From Octopus sinensis (taxonomy: Eukaryota): DNA of 64,000 nucleotides. Shown one piece after another: positions 53,546 to 64,000 of the stretch. Numbering within the stretch: the first letter of the stretch is position 1; each line of letters starts with the position of its first letter. The notes below the pieces were generated by a model that searched no databases, was not told the DNA's origin, and was given only the letters and a program-made list of their open reading frames with translations. A program made the position numbers and the translations under genes. The stretch spans positions 67,518,001 through 67,582,000 of the forward strand of contig NC_043004.1 in assembly GCF_006345805.1 (NCBI RefSeq), given 5' to 3'.

Positions 53546-53606
<61 letters not shown>

Positions 53607-54507
53607 TATATATGGCCTCCTTGTTTCACAATAGACTCTCTAATCTGGCCGTTAAGAAGCGAAAGTCTCTTTCTATCTGGATTACGAGAAAAGATTCATC
53701 TACATCCCCAATTGCAATCCGGCACCAAAACGGGTATCCCAAGTATTTGTCAGCTTCTGTTGGATGTTGTTCACACGTAAGAGAGCCTGGTCATTTGTGA
53801 GTTCATTAAGTACTTCTGGACAGCGTCTATAGATAAGTCCTAGTTAAGAGAGGTGTAGATTAATGGTTTTTTTCTAAAGGACCAGATTCTGCCGTCACTG
53901 TACGATGGTGTATACGTGGCTGTTATTCAACCATTTCAAGCAAGACCTTATCTTCCACAACAGACCATCTTCCTGGCCTTGGGTTGTCTCCGAGTCTTGT
54001 GTCATTGAAATACCTTCCAAATCACTACATTCTTTTGCTACTACGCTTCTGGTATTTTTTGAGTAAAATGGCTCTAAGTGTAATTTTCCAACCACTCATT
54101 TTCAAACCTGGAAAATAACGAATGAAAAAAATCAACGTTTCTATGTTACATACCAAAATAAGAATAGACAATCCAGCAACGATTCGACTAAAAGTTGTGA
54201 CAAATTAAATATATATCATTGATACATATGCTGCCAAACCTCATCAGCGAAAATCTGAAAACTATTTGACTCCACAGAGAACATAATGATGCCCACCATT
54301 TTCAGTAATTAATTTCCAATGTATTCCATAAGCTTCCCAGAAATTTCCATTTCCTTGGTCATTAATATAACGGTTTCATTTATTACTTTTACTTCATCAG
54401 ATATCCTAAATGTCCGCTCTCTCTCTCTCTCTCTCTCGCTCTCCCTCTATCTGTATATATATATATATACATACATACATAATATATATATATATATATA
54501 TATATAT

Positions 54508-54600
54508 CTTTTACTCTTTTACTTGTTTTTGTCATTTGATTGTGGCCATGCTGGAACACCGACTCGGTTGTCAAGCGTTGGGAGGAAAAACACAGGCACA
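54508..54600 (-). mobile_element. SINE family A, deleted derivative
   Basis: The tail is joined directly to the TCGGTTGTCAAGCG segment. Confidence 0.7.
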
Positions 54601-54651
54601 CAAATATATACACATATACATACATACATACATACATATATTATTATATAT

Positions 54652-54729
<78 letters not shown>

Positions 54730-54759
54730 GCTATAGATGGATCGATAGATATTATATGT

Positions 54760-55460
54760 TGCTTTCGCGACAACACATGCCGCATAGAGAGGTATTAGCA
54801 TCGTGACATCTTTGGAAGCTACTAATCACATGCGTAATATTTCCACAGAAGTAAGACATATTCTACATTTACGGTTGCATCTTAAAACTGTATCTTTTGT
54901 TGAGTAGGTATTTAGTAACAATCTCCTGCCCTTGGTGTGCAAATGTGTAGCCTTCGAAGTGTAGTATGACTTAGCGGTCACAAGTCCAAGAAAGGCTTCG
55001 CTTCAAAGAAATCTATCTGCTTCATATTTATGCATGGTCCTTTTTTTAGTATGCTTGGCGTTTCAATTCCAGGGCTTGTTTGACCTTGTCGAGTCCAACT
55101 GATTTGGTGTTGTATGGGAGGTCATCAGAAAGAAAGTACTTCCTGAGCAATATTGTTTACTTCACTTTTCAGCACGAAGTTCATGCATTTTTTTTTTTTT
55201 TGCTGCTATTATTTAGCAAGTCCTGTCCGAGAGAGACTATGCGACATTCGAAGGCCATCTGCACTGATTTCGAGTCCAAACTTCTTTTTTTCTTCTGAGG
55301 TAGGGAGCCTATTTTTGTGGCGGTTTTCAGTTGATGTTAGAATATTGCAGGTTTTAATGTCTATGGTGTGGATTTCTTCCATAGACGAGTCAGGCATCTC
55401 AAATGATAGAAGCAGCACTGGTACCGCAAATGCATTGCAGGATATTGCCTTGATGTGCAT
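54760..55460 (-). pseudogene. R4/Dong-type (RLE) LINE ORF C-terminal remnant
   Basis: NAFAVPVLLLSF..IDIKTCNILT, FEGYTFAHQGQEIVTKY and a CRIC...HVIS...RH zinc-knuckle region resemble R4/Dong post-RT motifs (by-eye comparison). Confidence 0.62.
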
Positions 55461-55759
55461 GATGTATGCATGTAAACATGCGTATAATTAAAACAAAGGT
55501 GAATAGAGTGAGAAATAGATTGAGAAATTTGTTGATTTCCAATTGTTTTATCGAAATTCGATCTCCTGATCATTGCAATAATCTGAAAACCTATATGCAG
55601 CCATTGATATATAAGGCGGCATACAAACAAAATAGAAGATCGATTCTTCAAATCCATGTAGTATAGGCGTTGTATACTCACGCATGTGCTTCATATAACA
55701 AAATAACCTCATTGAATTACCATCTGCATGATAGTATGGATCTGTGGATGACATTAATG

Positions 55760-55801
<42 letters not shown>

Positions 55802-55859
55802 TGTGTATGCGAGTATCTATATATATATATAAATGGATATATATATATATATTATTATA

Positions 55860-56075
55860 TAGAGGGCATTACTATACATAAATGCCACACGCTAGGAAGG
55901 ATTCCTAAAGCCAAAACTGCCAAAATTAATAATTTACTTTGAGTTTGAGTTTAAGAGTACCTCCTAGCGGGTGTCATTTATGTATAGTAATGCCCTCTAT
56001 GTAATATAAATAAATATATTCAAAAGAAAAATTGTTGGATTTTTCTCGTATGAGGTTTCCCGCTAACTACTTGAT
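55860..56075 (+). mobile_element. Deleted relative of the 7948-8748 element
   Basis: GAGGGCATTACTATAC...GTATAGTAATGCCCTC inverted pair followed by GCTAACTACTTGATAAATT..AAGATTTTATCCT. Confidence 0.65.
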
Positions 56076-56111
56076 AAATTCGTATAAAGATTTTATCCTA
56101 CCTTTAATAAG

Positions 56112-56178
<67 letters not shown>

Positions 56179-56179
56179 A

Positions 56180-56385
56180 TAGGGAGAGTTTACGAAAAAA
56201 ACAAAAGACAAAGACAGTTGGTGTACAAAACAAACAGATGTATTAGCGTAACGCTCAGGAATAGAAAAAGTATTTTACTTTTCGAGCCTACGCTCTTCTA
56301 CAGAAAGGGAAACAGAAAGAAACAAAGAGAGAAACCAGGAGAGAGAAAAAATGTGTGTAGTGGCTAACGATCTAACATGGCGAAC
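56180..56385 (-). mobile_element. ~205-bp repeat with minimal HHR-like motif
   Basis: 56306-56273 minus: TTT-CTGTAGA-A-GAGC-GTAG-GCTC-GAAA-AGTA-AAA. Confidence 0.75.
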
Positions 56386-56726
56386 ATTTATATATATATT
56401 ATATATATATATATATATATGAAAATATAAATGAACAACGATTGACTTACAGGAATTATAATTTCTTTGTAAATAAATTATACATATTCATTGATGTAAG
56501 CCATTTATTGTTCATTGATATTTCTCCATTTCCTGGGTTCTTTATATTCTTATTCTTGTTAAACTCATATTTATCTGTGTATTTACCTATAATGTATAAG
56601 CATAATATGCTTGCATATATATGCCCATGGTTAAACATAGGTGATATACCGGTAGTTTAATGGCAACTTAATCACTTAGACTTTTATTTTAATCTCTAAC
56701 TTAGTGAACCTTGTATATTATATATA

Positions 56727-56772
<46 letters not shown>

Positions 56773-57297
56773 TATATTACATATATATATATATATATAT
56801 ATATACATACATACATACATACATACATAGACACACACATGCTGGCATCCACACATGAACGTACACTCTTGCGCACGCATATACATATAAGCGAATATGC
56901 GTATGATGGTGTCCTTATTGACACATTTGTTTGTACCGGCACCTGTGTGTCTGAGTCACGCATATCTATAATTTCCATCCTTAAAAGTTTCAAGTGTTAC
57001 AATATTCTTGAATATTTTCAAGTTGATGTATATAACATACAAGCAAGATTATAAGCTACCATATATACAGTGATCATAGTGCATCTCGACGCATATTCAT
57101 GTGTTAGTACGAGTGCGTGTAATGCATCTCCGTCCGCCAGTGTGCATTTTCTTTCTTTCTCATATCTAACAATCTCCGACTTCCCCGTTCCCTCTCTTTC
57201 TTTTTATCACTTTCACTTTCGCTTTCTCTCAATATATGTATACATATGTACATATGTTTTTCAATAAAAGTGCGTGTACCTGTTCACACACACACAG

Positions 57298-57362
<65 letters not shown>

Positions 57363-58323
57363 CAGAAGAGAGAGAAGGGAGAGGGGAGAGAGTGAAAATG
57401 AGAGACAAAGTGAGCAGGAGAGAGAGAATATATATTTATTCTAATACCTATACACAAACATACATTCGAATACACACATGTATAGTTCTTTGCATGTATG
57501 TGTTGGGTGTGTGTGCGTGTATTCGAGAGAGTATGTATGTATATAAGAATTCCTCTACATGTATTTGTATGTTTCTCTGTTTGTTCTTCTTGTGTGTGTA
57601 TGCGTGTGTGTCTGTATGTGTATGCGTGTATGTATGTGTGTGTGAATGTGCAGGGTTTTCTTTCATGTCATTTATCTTATTTCAGTAACACATTCAATAT
57701 AATTCTACCCCTGGTGTTTTACTCAATCGTTAGAATATTCGACCTTCCTATCTCGGAGAAATTAATTCGTTAGTATAAGTGTCATGGTGCGTTTTTCCCC
57801 CATTGCATACATCATGTACTACGAAGATTACTTTGTCAGGTCGAATAGGAATTGAACTGACAACATGCCAAGCTCTGACTTCAAATAGCGTCCAATAAAT
57901 GAAGGATGTTTTCTGGCTTCCGTCCGCGGTCAGTTCTTAATTACGATTTACTGCCGTGTTTGTACGGAAAATGGAAACTCCGCGACAAACGGAAGGTCAC
58001 ACTGTATGACATATAAATACGAGGATTTCACGATGCCGTATATATCAATATTTATACATTGAAGAATGCCAGCTGTATTTGGCATTAGTGAAATATCTTG
58101 GAGTTTTCATATTAACATCAGATAACAGTGGGAGGTTTCCTAAATATACATATGAAGAAATAAATAAATAACAAAAAGAAGTTGCTTTTATAGACTCTGT
58201 ACAAATCTTCGATTCCATCACATTTCATGTTTCCAAATTAGCACCAATAATTTTCAATTCGTATTTTATAATATTTAGTTAGCTCAACTCACACACACAC
58301 GTTCTCTTTCTCTCATTCAATTA

Positions 58324-58365
<42 letters not shown>

Positions 58366-59209
58366 CTCTGACTTTCTGTCTCGTCCTTCAGAAGATCACA
58401 AACTCACATAAAGGAAATGAGAATATGCTACTCTGTGTGTATATGTGTGTTTGTGTGTGTGTATGTGAGTGTGCATGTGTGTGCATGTGTGTGTGTGTGT
58501 ATGTGTGTGTGTGTGTGTCTGTGTGTGTGATAAGAAGTATATATCCCAAAGTTTTCTGCTATTCCCACTGGGAGACCAAAGTCTTTTAGGCAAATTTGGT
58601 AAAAAAAGCCGAAAGAGACCGGGTGAATATATATGACCCTACTTTTATCGCTCAAATAGATAAAAGAACAAAAAATTATATATATATATATATAATATAT
58701 ATATATGTACATGCATAGTTATATACACAGATGCACTCATACATACATACATACATAGATACATACATACATACATACTACATACATACATACATACATA
58801 CATACATACATACATACATACATACATACATACACACATAGGTACATACATAGGTAACACACACAGACGCGCACACATATATGTTTGTATATCTATATAT
58901 ACTTATAATTGTGTATATGTATCTGTTCATATATGTATGTACATATATATGCCTCAGATTTTCTTTGGACACAGTCTCACACCCGGTGTTTCTATCTGTT
59001 TTGGCAGGACCTGGTAGACAGAAACACAAACATTTGGAAATATATGTACTGGGATTGAATTGTTTGACTAAACCCATCAATGAGGTGTCCCAGCATGGCC
59101 GCAGTCATATGGCTGAAACATGTAACACTATTCATTCAATGGGTGGGTTGTTAACAGTACAGGGAGTGTTTTAAAAGTCCAAATACATGTTAAATAAATA
59201 AGTATGGTG

Positions 59210-59283
59210 TCCCTGCTTCGTGGAAATTCAGTTATCGCGACCAGTCTCGGAACCAATTCCCCGCGATAAACGAGGCATCACTG
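59210..59283 (-). mobile_element. pogo/Tigger-like terminal fragment
   Basis: TA|CAGTGATGCCTCGTTTATCGCGGGGAATTGGTTCCGAGAC resembles MER2/Tigger-type termini. Confidence 0.55.
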
Positions 59284-59659
59284 TATGTGAAACTGGTTCA
59301 TGAAGACCATTTCACAGCCTTTTTCAGTGATTGCACTTCAATGTGCTGGACGTTTCATAAGCTATGTCAATCTGCTTCTTGATGAGAACTACTTCCGGAT
59401 TGTATATGTCTGAAGAATACACCGCCAACACAAAAGTAAATTCTACGAATAGACGTTTACACTACGCGAATAATTTGAATGTTTACGATGTAAAAGAACA
59501 AAGACTCATTTAGAATATCTTTAAATACATTCTTTCATATTCTACTTAGTGTCGCACACATACATACGTATATGTATATATGATATATATATATACACAC
59601 ACATATACGTACATACACACACACACATATATGTATATCTATATGTAATAGTGCATAAA

Positions 59660-60290
59660 CAATTTATGTATTTATACACGAAAGTGGTGACCTTTGACAG
59701 GGCACCTTATATGCTAGAAAGAGCAGTTAAACCCAAAACCGCGAATAATACCAATTTCCAAGGGAATGAAAATACAAAAAACATATCTTTGTAGCTACCC
59801 TCAAAATCCAGTTTCTGTATCAATGTGCAAAATAAATTAACTTTCCAGCCGTACTAAAAGTAATGCATATTTATGCAGCAAACACCACCAGAAACACACG
59901 TGCTAGATACTTTTACGTCATAATTTTCAAATCCACCATTCAAACACAGTTACCTTCGGGAGCAATTAATAATAAAAAAATTAAAACTGCGTACCTGAGA
60001 GGTTTTGAAACTACGAACATTTTTCTGCACAAATAATAGGGGTAGAAATTTAGAAAAACGTTCACACCGGTGGCTAGCATGTGTAATGATGTCAATAGAC
60101 AACATATATTCGTATAGACAATTTACACATTTATACACGAAAGAGCTTTCCTTTGAGCGGATACCTTACGTGCTAGAAAGAGCAGTTAAAGCCCGAACCA
60201 CGAATAAGTAATTTCAAAGGGAATGCAAATAAAAATATTTTTGTAGTTACTCTCAACTTCGTGTTTCTGTATCAATTATTTTCACATTGT
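59660..60290 (-). mobile_element. Partial tandem (period 459) of the 41-kb/62-kb element family
   Basis: TTTATACACGAAAG at 59671 and 60130; CTAGAAAGAGCAGTTAAA shared with 41093 and 61853. Confidence 0.7.
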
Positions 60291-60296
60291 ATATAT

Positions 60297-60552
60297 ATGT
60301 CCGGATGTTTTGCGTTCTTCTCCCATTTTGTATTCGGTCATTTCAATAAGGGACCGTGTGTGTATCGTTGCCGATTTTCTGTCCCCGTCTTCCCTTCCTT
60401 GGACTTTTCCTTTTTACTATATTTCTGACGGAGAGCTCCGCTCGAATCGTTAAATCCTCCTTCTTCTTCCCTTTCCTGAGCGCCCAATAACACTATTCTT
60501 GTTCCAGGTCCTCACGTTGTTGCGTTTTCTTTTTGTTCATGTCTGGATTAAC
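60297..60552 (+). mobile_element. ~255-bp repeat with decayed minimal HHR motif
   Basis: 60422-60454 TTT-CTGACGG-A-GAGC-TCC-GCTC-GAAT-CGTT-AAA, followed by TTCCTGAGCG as in the 39410/56180 family. Confidence 0.7.
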
Positions 60553-60558
60553 TATATA

Positions 60559-60610
<52 letters not shown>

Positions 60611-61336
60611 TTATATTACGTACTGTTAATTTGATATTATATCTTGCATTGGTGATATATTAATGAATGTGTAGTGTTTTATTATTAGCTTTTCAATGAT
60701 AAAATAATTTATTTCACTCATAAAAATATTATTAAATTAATTGCAGTCGTGTTTTATTTGGGAAAAATTTTATAAGGCTTGAACATTCATTATAGTGGTA
60801 TCTATGGAAGACCGGTGGGATTATTATATATATGGATTGATCGCAATTTACCAAATAATTTAGTTATTGCAGTTTACTATTACCACCGATAGAATGTACG
60901 TTGGTTTATGTATCTCTTTCTTGTAGTTATATTACAGTTTGTGTTTAATCCTGCCTATATATTGATTGATTAAAATAATGTGGTTAGTAATCTTTTATTT
61001 TATATTTCACTACGAAAGACAAAACAGACATTTCTGTTAAATTTTGTCGCTGTTTAGTTACGTATTTAGTAATTGCTGTAATTTACTTATTGTATTTATT
61101 TATCGATAGGGCTGTACATAGAGTAAATGTGTTTGAAAGTTGTGGATTTTTCGATTTGTTTTATCACGAATAACACTTACTTTAATGCTGTTGAAATCAC
61201 CGGATTCAATGTTACTGGCTATGTGTCGAAAACATAACGATCCTCGTGGGGCAGCTCATGATGGAGGTATGTTGGATTGTTGGTATGGCTGTAGAACATA
61301 TATATATATATTGCACATGCATACAAGTGTGAAGGC

Positions 61337-61550
61337 GTTGCTCCTGTTCAATCAACTGTAGAAATGAGTCGCGACGTCACTGGTGTCAACTTGCGTCGGC
61401 TTTTGCATTTCCCTTGAATAACATCGGTGATGTGGATATAGTATGCTTGAGCGACTGCTGTTCTTGCATAAACAAATTTGCCCGGATTCGTACCTCGGAG
61501 GGCAAATTTGTGGGAGCAACCCCATGGTCATTAATGACCGGAAAGGAAAC
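61337..61550 (+). mobile_element. SINE family C, degenerate and headless
   Basis: GTTGCTCCTGTTCAATCAACTGTAGAAATGAGTCG...CAACCCATGGTC. Confidence 0.75.
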
Positions 61551-61738
61551 TTTACTGTTTTACACTTTGCATACATACAATACACACCCAAACACACATA
61601 TACACTCACACACAGAAACACACACATACAGATGCAAAAATACGCACACATACAGGCATATGTATACGTATTCATACACATATATTTAATATATATATAT
61701 ATAATATATATATATATAGATATATATATATATATTAT

Positions 61739-61816
<78 letters not shown>

Positions 61817-61819
61817 CAT

Positions 61820-62276
61820 ATAAAAGATGGCCATAATAGGACATCTGTCTCACTAGAAAGAGCAGTTAAACTCCAAACCACTAATAGTTGTAATTCTGAA
61901 ATGGAAAGATAAATAAAAACCTTTGCCCTATCTTTCCTGGACTATGCATAGTTTCGTCAATCTTTTTGTAAATGAAATAAAGTTATTTACGATTGGCGTT
62001 GCCTCTTCAGCAGAAAGCCAAGGCTAGCATATAGGCACGAGGCGATAAGACCCATGCCTCGAGTCTCTATGCTATAACTTTTCAAAATCCACCACTCTCG
62101 CGCTGTTTCTCAGCAGTAAATATAACTGCCGATTCAATTTCAAAATTAGCCAAAAAATCCTTTTATCATTAATTAATAAATTTCAGGGTAGCAAAAAATT
62201 TTTAGAAAAATTCTCCGCTACTAGCGGTCAAGTGAGAAGGAATAAATAGTCAATATACTATGTAATTAATGATAAA

Positions 62277-62280
<4 letters not shown>
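61820..62280 (-). mobile_element. Approximately monomer-length copy of the 41-kb hammerhead element family
   Basis: Colinear homology to 41285-41795; short inverted repeat 62158-62175/62263-62280. Confidence 0.78.
61933..62016 (-). ncRNA. Type I hammerhead ribozyme motif with intact core
   Basis: TTTCTG-CTGAAGA-GGC..AATC.GTAAAT/ATTTAC.GATT..GAC-GAAA-CTATGCATAG-TC-CAGGAAA. Confidence 0.85.
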
Positions 62281-62329
<49 letters not shown>

Positions 62330-63211
62330 CACACATAGATTCATACTGGACACATATATTCATATATATATATATATATGTTTATATATTTATGTTACAC
62401 GTGGACTTGCATAAATCAATGTGTGTATGTGCCTATGTATGTGTGTAAACACAAGCTGTTTTAAAAAGTAACACTGTTTCGATTGCCAACGGCTCTGATG
62501 TTTCAACAATCCATATATTCGAACTAGCACGTTATTATTATCATCATCTTCATCTTTATTATTATTATTATCATGATTATTAATATCATTATTATTATTA
62601 TCGTTGTTCTTTTTATGTTATCATTATTATTACTAGTATTTACTATTATTACTTCTCCTGCTCCTAATACTAACACTAACAATACACTTAATGTTATTAG
62701 TACAATCGTAACTCTATTTTTAGTGCGCAGGCAAAATTTTGGCAACACTTAAACTTCCGGTTGACCACGGGAGCATTAACCCCCCTTCAACGAGAATTTA
62801 TTAAAGAGAGTTCTGTATTTATCTAGTCATCAATAAAAATGTGTACTGAGTGAAAGCCACTTATAATCTCGAGTCGAGGAATTTACATCTGTTGGTGGAT
62901 TTAGCATATATATTCAGGAAGTCAGCCAACAGTAAGATTTGTCTGTTTGCCCAGAAATACATTTTCGTATGGTTACGAGCCAAGCCAAGTCGAAGGATTC
63001 TTATCGCAAGATAATCAACTTGGGAGAAAATTGTGCTGCGCTTTATTGTCCGGCCTGCACAAGAATGACATTCACATACGTATAATGTCTCTGTGTGTGA
63101 GTGTATGTTTATATATATTATACATACAGACACACACACACATATATATATATAGACACACATAAACATTGATACATAGATAGACAGATAGATAAATAGA
63201 TAGATAGATAA

Positions 63212-63244
<33 letters not shown>

Positions 63245-63335
63245 CATACAGATAGATAGATAGATAATAGGTAGGTAGGCAGATAGATTGAGAGGTAGAT
63301 AAAGGTGTCTGAATGTGTGTAGGTGTGTATCTGTG

Positions 63336-63381
<46 letters not shown>

Positions 63382-63439
63382 TAGATAGATAGATAGATAT
63401 AGATATATGTAAATATATACATATATATTTACATATATC

Positions 63440-63481
<42 letters not shown>

Positions 63482-63540
63482 ATATATATATTACACACAG
63501 TATACATACACACACATGTACACACACTCACACACACACT

Positions 63541-63593
<53 letters not shown>

Positions 63594-64000
63594 TTACATA
63601 TAAGAAAATGTCCTTATTGAGCAGGGGGGAGGGAAGCATAACTCAGTTTGTATATGCATGTACATATGTACCACTGCATCCTTGCATGTGTACCTTTCAA
63701 AATATATATGAAAGTATTTCTCATGTTGGCTCTAGTACATTGACCGTGTGTGATTCTCTATATATATGTGTGTGTGCGTATTATATATGTACGTTTGTAA
63801 GCAAACAATCACATACACGCACCGACGTCTGCATATTAGTATATATGTATATATAAGATATGAATATCAATACAGACCATTAAAATATCATCTGCATGAC
63901 TCATTAGAATATCTATATTTGTCAAATATAGATAAGTGTACAGGAAAAGAGAAATTTTAATAACAAGCATAGATTTGAACAGAGGCGTACAAGAGCAGAC

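Overview
AT-rich eukaryotic genomic DNA, saturated with microsatellites, containing no recognisable host-gene exon. The SINE and microsatellite landscape resembles a coleoid cephalopod (Octopus-like) genome; that assignment is inference. Mobile elements present: one long degenerate L1/Tx1-type LINE (ORF1 CCHC knuckle, APE, RT; 10.7-15.3 kb), CR1-type, RTE-type and R4/Dong-type LINE fragments, a mariner transposase remnant, three non-autonomous Helitron families and at least four tRNA-derived SINE families. There is a 100-N scaffold gap. Almost all short ORFs in the track are translations of simple repeats. The main unexplained signal is about eight groups of short (TA)n-flanked repeats that each carry a type I hammerhead-ribozyme (HHR) motif (stem I, CUGANGA, stem II, GAAA, palindromic stem III, NUH). 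Two copies have fully intact cores (2571-2680 +, 61933-62016 -), and homologous copies show compensatory stem changes. Several copies are a ~460-500 nt monomer plus a partial tandem repeat with differing circular permutations and an inverted segment on the 5' side. This fits a retrozyme-like or Penelope-pLTR-like element copied from circular RNA. All alignments were done by eye, so coordinates are good to a few nt and nothing was computed or searched.
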